A stretch of DNA of 64,000 nucleotides, taken from the NCBI GenBank assembly GCA_015680685.1, contig MNCI01002706.1:1020758-1084757 (forward strand), read 5' to 3'. The notes below the pieces were generated by a model. The model was not told where the DNA came from, did no database searches, and saw only the letters and a list, made by a program, of their open reading frames with translations. The position numbers and the translations under genes were made by a program. Every line of letters starts with the position of its first letter. Position 1 is the stretch's first letter. Positions 1 to 14,300 of the stretch are shown here, piece after piece. The stretch comes from Gnetum montanum. Its lineage: Eukaryota; Plantae; Gnetophyta.

Positions 1-2537
1 GATCACAAGAGAAAGAAGGAAGCTGAACATGCCTACCAAAGGGCTAAGGGCAAAGCTATTATAGTAGAAGACGTTGTGGAGTCATAATTAAATGATGATG
101 GTGGGTGTGACATCTACCAATATGAACATCCTAAGGGATGTTGCCCTATTGTGTCACACTTGTAGGAATCTAGGGTGTACACTCTAAATCCTAGGCTAGC
201 AAGAAGTCAAGCATCAAGAATATTTTCTTATCCTCAAGGAAATCCTTGGAAGTTCCACCAACAACAAGCTTTTTATCCAATTGAAGCTCCACCATAGCCA
301 TATGAGCAGTAATAGTAGTGGTAGCACTCATAGTCATGAGTGATGCCACCACCAAGGCAGTAGTACCCTTACAGGTAACTAGATCTATATGGGTACTATG
401 TTCAGCAACCCATATCTCTATGTGACTTTTCTAGTCACACTTATTTTCAACATCACTACTACTCTCCAAAGTACTATAAAGCTCATTCTCCATCTCTCAA
501 TGAGAAACCCCCATTTCATTAGTGCCCTTCTCATTCTTCCACACTTGTCCCTCCTTCCTCAACCCAATTATCGCCTACTTCACCAATGTAGGGTGAGATT
601 CCCATGTAGCTACAACAACATAATACTACCAGGGTCATTAACTTACAACTAGTTCCTCCATTGAGTGGTTCAGAAGCTAGATCCAAAAAAGACCATTCAC
701 CTAAACCAATAGCCCTACAAAGCCCTCACTAACTCATGTGGCTAGTCACCCTATGTCTCCTTCATCCTCTGCATCTATTTTCTTTCAAAACCCTTCAAAC
801 CAAATGCTTTCCAAAATTTGCATAATCATGTTAACACATGATATATCCGATTCAATCAAGGGTAGCAACCTTTCAAGGAAAAGATCTAATCCTACAAGTC
901 CCCACATCTACTTGCATATTATTAGAAATGAGCCATGCAAGGCTCTTCTTGATTCAGCTTCTGGTGTCAATCTAATTTCTCACAAAATGTACAAAGCCTA
1001 GAACCATCCTCATCTCAAGAAGAGCAACATTCATTTAAAATTAGTAGATTAGTTTATCAATGTTCCCTTGGAATCAGTTGAGGACATTATGATCACTATC
1101 TATGAGTGGTTCTATCCTATCAATTTCCTGGCAATCAAGGTTGACAATTGCAAGGGGGGAATTTCCCATCATTATGTCAAGGGCTTGGTTGAGCACTATT
1201 AATGCGTGAATGAACATTAGAGATATTTCCCTAGAAATTTCAAAGGAAAATGAATTCAGAAAGATCAAGAAGAACAAAATTCCATGCATTACGTTCAACG
1301 ATATAGGGTGCAACTATGTGTAGAAGTTGAGATCTATCAAAAACACATCAATCAAAGCATGTAGACATTGTGCAGATGAATTTGAAATCCAAAAGTGCCT
1401 ATACACCATAGCCACAAAATAAGAGGGCACGCAGTGGCTAACACCTAATCCTAAAAGTAGCATATTTTTCATGGAATAGATTGAGAGCTTAACTTATGCC
1501 TATGTTGAAGACATGGATGAACTAGAGCAAGTTCATCATAAACTCTCTGATGATGAACCCGATGATACTTATTGGGAAGAGTTGGAAATCCCTAAAAATT
1601 TTAAACATGAGCCCTTAGAGTTGAAAACTCTATCTACCAACATGGAGTATGCATTCCTAAAAAATGGCAAGCTAGTAATAATCAATCCCAACCTTGCTCC
1701 TAAACAAAAAGAGAAGTTGTTGAATGTAGTTAGAAAATGGCCAACAACCTTTTCTTAGTCATATCCTGAACTCACTAAGATTGATCCTAGGATATGCCAG
1801 CATCATATCTATATTGGTCCTTCCATCAAGCAAAAGAAATAACCACAATGGCAGCTAAACCCCAAATTGAAGTAGATCTTCAAAGAAAAAATTGAACAAC
1901 TCCTCAAGGTAAGGTTCATCCATCTAATCACGGACAATGAGTGGGTTAGTCCACTTGTAATTATGTCAAAGAAATATGGCAAGTTGCAAGTCTATATTGA
2001 TTTTAGGCTATTAAACAAGGTGACCTACAAAGATCATTTTCCATTGCCATTTGTGGACTGGGTGTTGGCACTATCTCTAGGCATTGCTATTACAGCTTTT
2101 TGGATGGTTATAGTGGCTATAACCATATTCAAATTGCACCAAAGGATTAGGCCAAAATAACATTCACAAGTCTCTAGGGAACTTTTGCATATAAAAAGAA
2201 GCCTTTTGGTCTATGTAATGCCCTTGAAACATTCTAATGCCTTATCCTTAGTATTTTTGAACAAAAAATTGGTAGGGGGTGGAAGTCTTCATGGATGAAT
2301 TTTCCACCTATGGTGCTACATTTGAGAAAGCCCTGGACCACCTTTAGCAAGTTCTTAAAAGGTGTGCAAAGACAAATCTTTAACTCAATTGGCAAAAGAA
2401 CCATTTAATGATCCTGGAGGACATTGTGTTGGGGCATAGAATCTCACAAGTAGGGATTGAGGTAGACCCTGAAAAGATTAGGATCATCCAAGGAATAACC
2501 CATTAGCCAAAAATCATTAAATATTACTAATAATTCC
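1..2537 (+). pseudogene. Degenerate gag end, aspartic protease and RT N-terminal part of element A
   Basis: ORF fragments 738-1001, 1513-1758 and 1963-2160 carry gypsy PR/RT motifs. Many in-frame stops and frameshifts. Confidence 0.85.
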
Positions 2538-4195
2538 TAAAACACCACCAAATTTGGGATCTTGGGTCTCAACTACAAATTTGACTAAGTTTCAAAACTT
2601 AACAGATTTGCTCTAAGTGTTGAGACTATGTTCCAAAGCATAGTTAGCATAGTTGACACTAATAGTCTAGATTTGCAAAATTTTTCGAAGTGTCAATAGT
2701 AGCTACAAATATTTCTAAGTGTTCTGGCTATGCTCACCCTACTGAGACTATGCTCTAGAGCCTAGCTAGTGTAGTCAGCCTTGGAATGACTAGTTTTGTA
2801 GGTTTTCCTAAGTGTCAGGTCAGAGGCTGTTGAGCATGTATGGGATGAAAAAAAATAGTTTGGCAGATTTTATAACTCCTAAGCCTATAGTCCCTACTAT
2901 GCTCTAGAGCATAGTTAGCGTAGTCTACATGGGCATGTCATCTTTGCCAGATTTTTTCCAAGTGTTAAGGATATGCTCACACCACTTGAACTACACTCTA
3001 GAGTGTAGCTAGCATAGATTGCACAAAGGATCATTTTCTGGCAAGATTTGCCTAACTCATTGGGCTATGCTTCAGAGCATAGTTAGCATAGTTTTTTGAA
3101 ACTACCTTCAAAAGCTTTCAAAACTTAGCGTTGACTTGTATCTCAGCTTCAACATTCCTTCGGCAAGTAAGATCAACAATTTGCATTTCATTTGCATCCC
3201 CCCATTTTCCCCTACATTGTACTTATTCTTGACACCACTTGATAGAGTGGGCAACGTAGTCCTAGATTGTAGTCTCCAAATTGCATTATTTTACATTGTT
3301 TTCAAGAACATTGTAGTCTATTCAGCACTTGCACATGTAGTCTCAGTAGCATAGCCATAGTCTGGCAATCTCATAAGGTCCATTGGAGCACACCAACATA
3401 ACACCATTTTTCTTTAGTGGAAGCATAGTTAGGAGCTAGCATAGTCCCAACTACCCCTCTACCATGTGGTGCCCAATCTGCGACTCATGCTAACCTTAAC
3501 CCTATAAATACCCCTGCGCTTCACATTTTAGGGATTCACATTTTCATTTTGCAGTTGGCATTTTGGCATTAACACTCTTACACCCAAGCACCCTTAGCAA
3601 CTTGAAAAAATTTGGAACACCACCATAGCACCATTGTACACTTCCTAGCACACTGTAGACCATTGCAACTTGTGGGACACTGCGGCAGTCAACCTAGTAG
3701 GCTCAGACTCCACAATGGATATCAGTTCTTCATAGCTACATACCTTGAGACCATGACTATGCTCACCTACTATGCTTGTTGTACACAACATACCTCCTAA
3801 AATTTCCTTTGCAATTGACTATGCTCCCCTTTTTGAGGTGGTGCTTTTTTCTCTTGCTCCCATTCTATGCATTTTCACCTTTTTCTTATGTTTTTAGCAT
3901 TTGACTCACATTTCGCACTATTCAAGCACATGTTTGCTCATTCACACCTTCATTCTCGTGTCTAAAATCCTTGCTACACTCACACTCACAAACATCACAA
4001 ACATTGCAAAACACCATGTCCTCTTAAACACTCGTTTTGTTGTAACACTTGTAAGTCCCAGTTCAATCAACAAGATCATTCTAGACACCCCACTTCTATT
4101 TTCCAGCAGGCCCTCAAATGGGAGTAGGGTCAAGACTATGCGATCGCGGAGCTTTCATTGTCCCATTCAGGCCTTTGATGTTTTTGGTCGCTATA
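2538..4195 (+). repeat. 5' LTR of element T
   Basis: Colinear with 20085-21766 (taaaacaccaccaaat... vs tgaaacaccaccaaat...; ends ggtcgctata vs ggttgctaca). The TG and CA termini have both decayed to TA. Confidence 0.93.
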
Positions 4196-4201
4196 GTTTT
4201 T

Positions 4202-4217
4202 TGGCACTAGAAGAAGG
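4202..4217 (+). promoter_or_regulatory. Primer-binding site, tRNA-Asn type
   Basis: tggcactagaagaagg lies 6 nt after the LTR. It matches TGGCGCTAGAAGGAGG (complement of the plant tRNA-Asn 3' end, recalled from memory) with two G>A changes. Confidence 0.8.
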
Positions 4218-4589
4218 CCCCTCACCATTTCCTTCTTCAGTCATCCCTTATTACCTTGAGTGCTCTCTACACCGTTGCTATAGACTGGATCCCATTGTCA
4301 GTTTCCCTACAACCCCGCTAAACAACACCAAAGTGCATAACTTGCACTCGACCAAATTCTAGGTTCCTAATAGAGCATAGCTAGCTTTAGCGTAGTAAGT
4401 GTAGTAAGCTTTGAGCATAGTCCCAAAGTTATCATTTTCTTTAGCAATTTATAGTTAGCCATTTTTCTACATTTTTACACTTAGCTATTTTCTTAGCAGT
4501 TGCATACTTAGCTATTTTTCCACATTTTAGCACTTATCCATTTTTCTTCCTACTTTGCATAAGTAGCCTTTTGCATTTTCCTTCACACC

Positions 4590-7500
4590 ATGAACCTTGA
4601 ATAGCCTTCAAACTTTGCTCCAAGTGTGGTTGTTATCTAGCCTATTCAACGAGAAATATAGATTGACCTTCCTAGGGCTGGGAGTCCTATCTTGGCACAA
4701 AGGTAATCTCTTAGGTAGCACAACCTACCTCCTAAGGTCATGATGCTCAACAACGAGCAATATAACTTCATTTATGAGAAAATGTAGGTGGGCTTTCCTT
4801 TAGAACACTAAGAAATGGAGGCCAAACGTAGTTATAAAATCATGTACCATAACAAGAAGGAATGGCTCCCTTCTGATTTTGACTTTGTCCCACTCATGGA
4901 AGATTACCAGTGGATGCTAGACAACCTCGTCCATAACATGGGCCATGAGGGAGGGACAGACTATGAGAAGCCCCTCTAGGAGAAGCTAGAGGAGTTCAAG
5001 GCTTAATTTGAGCATAAGAACCCATACCATGCCTCACTCTAGCAGACAACCTCTACTTTTGTTCCTTCACAATCTTACAGCCCAACGTCATTGCCCAAGT
5101 TAACACTTGTGGTGGAAACCCACCAAATGTTGTAGATGCACCAGGATGTAGCTCCACCTTTTAGTCTTTCCTGTAATGTACCTTTTACCATCCCATCATA
5201 GCCTTCATAACTTGTTTAGCTTGTTCAGCCCATTCAGGTCATCCAACCTTATGTAGTAGTAACCATTGCACCTACGCAACCCTAGGTGCACACCATGCAC
5301 ATTCCTCCCCAACCATATGTGACTTAGATGTCATTCATCCTACCTATCATGCCTACACCCTTTATGATGGCCTAGCCCACAAACACGTGGTGGGGCTTGA
5401 GTGCTGTGTCCGTGGCATAGCCCACGTGATAGGCATCATGTGTGGTCACATAACACGAAATCAAGTTGTCGACCACCCAATAACCATTGCAGGTAGCACA
5501 ACCTACCATTGCAACCACACCTAGCCTAGATCAAGTATTCCAGCTGATCCAAAGCCTTACTGAAGAGTTCAAGCAACTTAAGGCTGCCTCCTTAGAAACC
5601 ATCCATGTGATGGCCTTCTACTAGGATGATCCAATCAGTCCTATAGTCCCACCACTAGCATTTCCCACAAGGGTTTCACTTCTACAATTCACCGAATACA
5701 ATGGTGAAGGGAACGCTAATGCCCATTTAGTGACCTTCTAGTCAAAATGCCTCTTACTATAGGCATGGCCAAATGCCATCATCTACATGTTCACCATGTC
5801 CCTAAATAGCAAGGCACTAGATTAGTATTGTGTGCTCCCTAGGGCCTCTATCACTTCTTTAGAGGGATTACTTATCCAATTTGTCACTCACTTCAAGTAA
5901 AACTTGAAGCCTAAGGTGACCCTAGACCAATTAATACAAGTAAAGCAAGGCCACTTAGAGCCCATGTAGAACTTTATTCAGCGATGAAGCACATCACTTA
6001 ATGTGATTCACGAGTCCATCGCAAAGACATACCTACTAGCCATTTTCAAAATCATAGTAAACAACTTCATCAATTCGAATTTGTATTACCTTGCTCCACA
6101 ATCCTTAAGCCAAGCGTTTGCTCAAACTAAGAGCATTCAGGATGCGATGGAGGCCAAAAAGGATCTAGCCTACATGGCCTACAAAAACTTGCACGCAAAG
6201 AAGGAAAAACGATAAGGAAAAAGGCAAATAAGTAATCACGACCATTGCAATGATGGCCAATGAGGCTAAGTTGGGCAACACCAAACCAATGGCCAAGTCA
6301 CCTAAGGCCCTAGCCAACAACAATAAGGTGGCCAGCCCTAGCCCAACAACAAACAACCAATCTACATCGTCAATGATCATGACACCAATTGCCATAAGGC
6401 CTAACTTCAAGCACAAGGATCACTCAAAGTATACACCATTATCCATCAAGTGGTTAAAGCTGTTGGACCAATTACTTCATGTTGGATGCATCCAATACAA
6501 GAAAATGTGCAAGGATGCTTACAAGCGGCATGATCGATACTACAAGCTCCTCAGAAATCCTTCAACTACACTGCCTAATGAGCCCCTAATCCCTAAGCAT
6601 TTTAGATTGGATCAATTTTTCTAATATCACCAACTGCAAGGTCATGACATAGAATTTTTCATGGCTTTAAAGGATGACATCCAATGCAAGATTGACAAGA
6701 GTGAGTTGGTCCTTGATGCTACCAACCTAGTGCACCCCAGAACTAGTCAATGGAGGTTTACAAGGACCTACTCAATGCAAGCAATGTCGAGTACTTCATC
6801 AATTCCATCAGCATTGATGACGATGCAGAACTGGTATGGGATCCATTCGTGGTTTGTGTGTCCTTTGGAAACACTAAGGCCTCATTAACATTGATTAGTT
6901 CGAGAACCCCTTTTATCATCAAAGCATCACCTCAAGTGCCCATAACATCCTTTGTGGTCAAGGCCCCATCACACGTCATAGTTGCAACATCCCAAACACC
7001 CTTCATTATAAGTATGATGTAAGGTGCAAGCTTCCTGCCTATTGGGAGCCCAATGATGGGTAATGCACTGGCCCCTGCTAGCCTAAGACCCCATCTTGCA
7101 AGTAGCACCAACAAACAAATGATATGGCAAACTGTAAGGCCTAAGTGCCTCATTGATCAAATGCTTAGGCAACATCAGAAGCAAAGGGCATTAGGCCCAC
7201 CAAAGCTTGTCCCCTTATCTTCCATCCCAATGGGCCAACCAACTAAAGAGGCCACTACAAGAAGTAGTCAACCACAAAGCACTGAGGCTTTGAAACAACT
7301 AAGTAGCCAACAATGGAGCACTAAGGCTTTAAAGTAAACAAAATAAGAAAGGCCCAAATCCCCTCCATGAGAGATCCATCTCTTGGGCCAAATGGAAAAG
7401 ATGAAGGCCATCAACAACAAAGACGAAAATGATGGCAAAGATTTCCTTGATGCATTAGCCCAAGTCAAGTAGGCTTTGAAAGAAAAAAAATACAACACTA

Positions 7501-8370
7501 AGCTTGTATGACCTAGTAATGACCTCCTCTACCCATCATGAAGTGTTAGTGCATATGTTGACCTCTATCCCTATCATGGAGGACATCCTAGAAGATGAGC
7601 AGACCATTGATGCTATGATGTTACCTTTGCCCTTGTAGGAATCAAGTTCAATGCCCCTAGCATTTTGTGATGAGGTGATCAAGGTGGACCCTGAGAAGGG
7701 TCAAGTCATTACCATGTCGATGTTCATTACCATCCACGTGGGGGAATGCAAAATCTACAGGGTGCATGTTGACGATAGGGCAACAACCAATGTCATCCCA
7801 TACACAGTCATTAACAAGCTTGGTCTCACTGACCAAATCCAATCAATGAAGAAAATACACCTGAAGTCCTTCAATGGGTCATGTGTTGTTGTAAGGGGAA
7901 CTATCATGATAGCCTTCATGGCAGGGGAGCAATTCCCCACCATTGTTGAATTCATAGTGGTTGAGAAGATGCCAGGGTTCAACCTAATCTTGGGTAGGCC
8001 CTAGCTGGCCCAGCTATGGACTGTCTCCTCCCCAATCCACTAGTAGATCCACCTTCTATATGAAGGTAGAGAGGTTATCATACATAGTGATAATGTAGCC
8101 CCTTTTATCATCAACAACATTGATGCCAAGAAAAGGTCAGAGGTGGAGTTCCTTGATGACATGCCTCCTGCAAAAGACAAAGGTAGAAAATGCAAAGAAA
8201 ACCAACTTGAAGAGCCAATGGAAGCCCTTGACCCTTCATAAGATACTTTGTGGGTAGAATTACCCTTCAACATAGCTGATGAAGGTTAAGGCAAGTACCA
8301 TATCATACCCTTTAGGCCCTACGCACCTCCTAACCCATACTAGATTAGAAAAAAAAATTACGCAATTAAG
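4590..8370 (+). pseudogene. Degenerate gag-protease of element T
   Basis: Retrotrans_gag-like stretch ~5660-6100 (FTEYNGEGNANAHLVTF...SLNSKALD*YCVLPRASITS). Tat-type knuckle remnant ~6610-6700 (YHQLQGHDIEF..LKDDIQ). Protease 7651-8004 (RVHVDDRATTNVIP...FNLILGRP). The start position is approximate. Confidence 0.85.
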
Positions 8371-11300
8371 GTATCCCCTTGGTCTAATAGGTGTTGGTTC
8401 CCAGCTTCCCTCACTTTTGCACACTTTACTTTTTTGCATTTTACATTAGCTTGGTTATCTATATCTTTTGCCTTATTCCTTTCTCTATGCACATTCTTTG
8501 ATTGTGCATCATGCTAAGTTTATATTTTTGCTTACTTTCTTTTAGTAATTAGTTTACACATGAAAAATTCAAAATACATAAACATCATAAAATGTAAAAG
8601 TTACAAAAGATACCATAGCTTGCTACAGCCTTAAACTGGTAGCACACGACCTACCATAGCCTTAAACTAGCAATCAATGGCCTAAAATGGCCTTAAACTA
8701 CTATGCAGCCCGCCATGGCCTAAAACTAACAATCAAATTTCCTTTATCGCTGAGGCCCAAAATGGCCTAAAACTATCAAAGTATTATCTACACATGTAGC
8801 CTGAAATGGCCTAAAACTAGCAATCACATTATCTATCGCACCATTCATGCAACACATAGCAAATAAATACAAAAATCCATTCATCATACATGCAACGTAG
8901 CAAAAATTCACATCATCTTATAAAATAGTATATGTCATCCACATCCTACAACAAAAATACACAAAATACAAAAGTGCCCAATGACAGGGCGACATCAGGA
9001 TCTACTTAACAAGTGGTGCTAGGTGGGGGTGGAGGCTCCTCTTCTTCCACCGTGCTGCTAGGGCTTGCAACATCACCTAGCACCTATCAATAACAACAAT
9101 AGCAAAGACATAAAAATTGTAAGAAAGTGTACAATATACAACTAACAGATAAAAGGCATAAAAGGCAATATAAAAAAACTAGCTTGAGAGGGTCCCACAT
9201 CGGCCATGTCTGGAGGTATTCTATCAAGGTCTTCCTCCAAGCATTAGAGGATCTCGACCTCTGATAGACATGTCTAGTCTTCCTAGCTAAATTCAACACC
9301 CACAAGGGTCTTGTCTTCATCCACTGTAATCCATGCAGGTAGCTGCATAGAAAAGATGGCAAACAAAGTCTCCCCTTAGGGCATGGAAATCTCCCACTCA
9401 GGAGAACCACTAACCACTGTGTGATAAGCGAATATCTCAAAAGCCTAACTCCCACTAATCACCTTAACAAAATCCTCAAGGTGGCGGGCTTTGACAAACT
9501 CCTCTTTGAGTTGTTGCAAATATGCGTCTCGCTCATGCTTGTAGTGGTGCTTGTGGTCCTTCTGCATGTGCCCCCACTTACACACCTTAGCATTGAAGCT
9601 CTTCCACTCCTAGCCCTTCGAGGCAAGCAGATCCATCTGTAGCCTCTACTCGATGATCTCCCAAGTTGCCTCATTCTCGTGTTGGATCATTGACCAGTAC
9701 TTAGCATAATTGATCTCTGTGGTCCATCTCCTCTTGCCCGAGCTAACAAAAAATCATATTGGAACTAAAGGTTCTCAATCTTCTCATTTTGGTTTATCAG
9801 TGTCATCTAAAGCTTGTGCATGCATTTCCACAGGTGCTCAAATCCATCATGTTTTCTCACTAGAAAGCATGCACTTGCTAGCTACCTCATACATGTGGTG
9901 AGACACTTATTCAACTTTAGGGGAATACTTGAGGACATCATCCACTTTGGCCACCTGGTTTAGATCCCAACAAAGCTTAGAACCTATTGGCATGTAACAA
10001 GCAAATTAACATTAGCCATAGACTAAGCATAAAATTGGTAAAGTAATGCAAGTAAAAAAACATGCATACTGAGCTCGAGATCTACCTGTTGTATGTAGTC
10101 CACCATGTCCTCGACTATGCCTTTCATGAAAGTGAATTTATCCGATGTCTCAACCCATGACTTCATGTAGTGGATAAGCGCATGTGATGGATCGCTAGTA
10201 GGAACATCTAAGGTTGTAACCCAACATGATGCAATATTTAGCACCAACTAAATAGCCAAAGATGCAAGAGCAAAAGAGCAAAAATAGATGGTAACTTAGA
10301 GCACTTACCACGCAAGCCCTCAAGTGTGAGAGCAACGGGATCTCCCAGCTACACACCATCAAAGAGGCTGGCAAAATCACCCTCATGAAGGTGGAATAGC
10401 CCTTCTACATCAAACTACTAGAAGGCCTCTATGGCCTTGTGTAGCTCCTCCTTGGGTGCCTTCTCCTCCTCAGCTTAAGAAGGGATTGTCTCTGCCACTA
10501 TCACTACCGCTGCTTCGGTAGCCCCCTCACCTAACTCACAAACATAACATAATAGCATTAGCATAACATACCAAGAAAATATAAAAATTATAAACATAAA
10601 AAAATTAATAATAAATGCATCTACACATGAACTAACCTGCAACATCCATGTGCAATGTTGGTATCTTAAAGTGGACTTTCTTGGTGCCCGCCTATCCAAT
10701 AGTAGGGGCAACTTTCTCTACCGAGTGTGGCCTCTTAATCTTTCTCTTCGAAGGTGCCACTATTTCTGCAATGTAATGATTGACTTTGTTCACATCCCCA
10801 ATAATAGTTGGGGGACACTCGCCTGTGCTGTCATAAGAGTAATGTGATCATGACCTCCCCAAATGGCCTTTGGTCATAACCAAATATAACTCATCAATCC
10901 CGTTTGAGGGATCCTGTGTGCAAGTGGTGGTTAATAAGTGTTTGACCCAAGGCTTGGATAATTGCTCACGATCCTACACTACCCAGTTCTCACTACCCTG
11001 GACCACCAAAAACTCCACAAACCTTCACAGATATGCTACAAAGAATGTGAAGTGCATGTGAGACCTCACCTGGAGGTTGTAGCAAAGCCTAGTAACCTTT
11101 GCTTATAGTCTAATGATGAGAAAGGAGGCCTAGTTAAACCTCGTGCCCTCCTCTAATACCTTCGCATCACTTGCACCTACTCCACCTCAAGGATTTTCCC
11201 TTGGGAGAGTAGCTTCGAAAAGGCATGAGCATGAAAAAGAGGGTAGAGCTCCCAAACATCAAGCACCTACATCTTTAACCATGATGCCTTTGTGAGATCA

Positions 11301-14300
11301 AGTGTTTTCCAACCACTCCTCAATCTCTCCTTTGTAGTCCACCTCTTTTTTGGCCTTATCAATAACCAATGAGCCCTCAAAGGGAAGGCCAAAGAGGTCA
11401 ACAAAGAAGGCATCATTAAGGACTAGGACTAACCTCACCCTGTGCATGTGGGTGATGAAGTGGTAGGCGTTACTGCTAAAGGAGTCAATAATAGTAACCA
11501 TCTCAGCCACCAGAATGCTTACGTTAAGGGCCAAGAAAAGGTCCATGAACCTAGCATGTGTGAGTTGACTCGTCAATGCCTCTAAGGCTTGATGGCATAA
11601 CTAGTGTTCTGCCCCCTCTACATCATCATACTTCATTATGAGAGTGGCCTCACTATGGCTTATGGTGACTACCATCACCTCTCTAGAAGGAACTACAACT
11701 GTAACATAGGAAAAATTAATATTAGCATTATGCAAGGGCAAATCAAAGAGTTCATGTGAGCAAGCTTAAAAGCCAAGCACACAAATGTTTACATGGAACA
11801 AATGATGTGCGAGGCAGTGGTGGCAATGCAACCAACTCCTCAAAGTTGGGCTTGCCACTCACCCACCCTTCATCAAACCAATTGAGGGTCTTGCACCACT
11901 CGAACACCTTCAAGTACTAAGTGGAGTATTTCTTTAAATCTTCTTCCACCTGCTCGATCATGGCCTTCTAAAAGTTCGTACTAAAGGAGAACACCTCTAG
12001 GGTGGTATGGGTTAAGGTAAGAGCCTCTGACTCATCATGGAGCCCTTGATCATTAACTTTAAATCTAGCATTAGGCATGAGCACTTAGCAATTAGCAAAT
12101 TTAGCATGGCCAATAGTAAGTGATACAATGCCAAATCATAAGAGCACTTACCCTCCAACATAATATACAATTCCAAGTGGGTTCTGGAACATGGTATGCA
12201 TGCGCAAAGCAATAAAAAAGATGTATCTCCTACTATAAGAGGAAAACTCTGGCATCCCCTAGATCTTGGATAAGGGACGAGAGCCCCTAGGGCCTTGCCT
12301 CGAACCACTTGCTTTGTCATCATCGATCGTGGGCTCATCAGACATGAACCTTAGTATGCCCCAGTTGGCCCTAGTTAGTAATGTCTCAGTGATGGTGGTT
12401 GCAACCTCCACTACTAGGTGTGACCACATGATCACACTAAAGTTCTGTAGCAGGAAAGCTAGGAATTCAGAGGCCCCTAGCCAAAACCATACTACCTAAT
12501 GATCCAACTTCATATCTAGTGTAGGCATGTTAGACATGGGCTTACTCATGCAACAAAGGATGTTGACAAGTTCCATGACAACTAAGATAGCCTTTAACAA
12601 TGCATTTTGTCAAAAATTTATTAATTTACACTTACCATAACTTAGAAAAATATCCTAGGGCCCTTTGGGCCTTGCGGGTATAGGACATCAACATACACAT
12701 TTGATGTGCCTGGTACTCATTAGGGTACAACATGTTAGCATAACATAAGCATTTCATTTCACATGTGTGCATGTTAGCATCATTTTGATTTGCAAGATTA
12801 GCATTATCGTAGTTTTTGGCATTATGGGCGTATGTTTACATTCAACAAAATTTTTCAAATTTTTTCTAACTCCAAGAAATGCAGCTTGGAGTAGGCACAA
12901 AAAATTCTAACTCTAGGCTACCTTTGGGAGTATAATCTAGAAACTGAAAAAGTTTTCTAACTATCAGCTACACTCCCTAAGGAGTGTTGCCCTTGAAAAC
13001 TTTAAATTCTTTAAAAAAAATTAATTGACTATTGGCCATACTCCCTAAGACTGTAGCCCCAATAGTGATCTTTTTTATAGAAGGAAATAATAGTTTGCAC
13101 TCTGCATCCCTGCTCCTCCTACCATCATGGTTGATGCCACAATGGTTGCACCACTGCCCTACCCCTCACTTCATCATATCCTCTGCCATGCATCCTACCT
13201 TACGAGCAGTGACAATCCCTGAACCCTCATGCCTACCACTACTTCCTCACCCCCACAGCATGCCCATTGATCATCATTGTAGCCCTAGACCCCACATAGA
13301 TGGCTGAAAATAATAATGATGATAGTCCCTAGTAGCACCCTCACAGTGTGGCAATCACCCATGGCTACCATCAGTGTTACTACCCTTGCCCTGTGTGCAA
13401 TCAAAAAAGAGGGGGATACAAAGATAATCACAACGATGACTCACCAAGCCTCAGTTTTGCAAGTGGTAGCCCTAGGGCCACTACCAAAACCTTAATCTAC
13501 TACCCTAATCACCCCTACAATCACTTTGATCATTGTAGTAGTTGTAGCCATTGCAACCCAAGCCCCTTGCCCCACATATAATCATGCCCATGCCTACCAC
13601 CACTCCCTCCCCTTTGCCACATGGCCACAACGATCATGGTGGCAGTGGCCTCGACCATGCCAGAGTTCCACTAATAAACCCTCCACTGCACATGAAATGA
13701 AATCAAAAAAATAATAAACAAAATATGTTCTCTTCTCCCCTCAACCCTACGCTAGCTTATGACTTCCCCACTCACAACTGCATAAATATTTGCAGTAGTC
13801 GTGGCTACTAAAACCCTTGCCTTCAAACCGCAATGCTAAAATAGAAAAAGAAAAAATAAGAAAATGAAACCCCTACCCATCATGCACTCCCTCACCATCG
13901 TGATAGTCATAATGGCCACAACAATGGCAGCCCTTGCCAAGGTAGGGTGCTTCCCATAAAACCCCAAAACCTCAAAAATGCCTAGTGCATGAGATCAAAA
14001 GAAAACACAAGAACAATGACAAAGGGATGAGTGTAGTGGCATACCTAGTAGTCGGCAGTGGTCTCCTCTCCTCCACGCATGCTTGCAGCAGGTGCTCTAA
14101 GACTTGCTTTCCTTCCTCCACATTGGCTAGGCTAGGGTGTTGACATCCACATCGATGTGACATGTTGTTGGCTACACTTTGGTAATTATGTTATGCTCTG
14201 GAAATTTTGATTTTACCTTTTGATGATGACAGTTTTACCAAGGGTAAAATGTGCTTATATATCCCTCGAACCCACTTAAATTCTTACCTACCCATTACTA

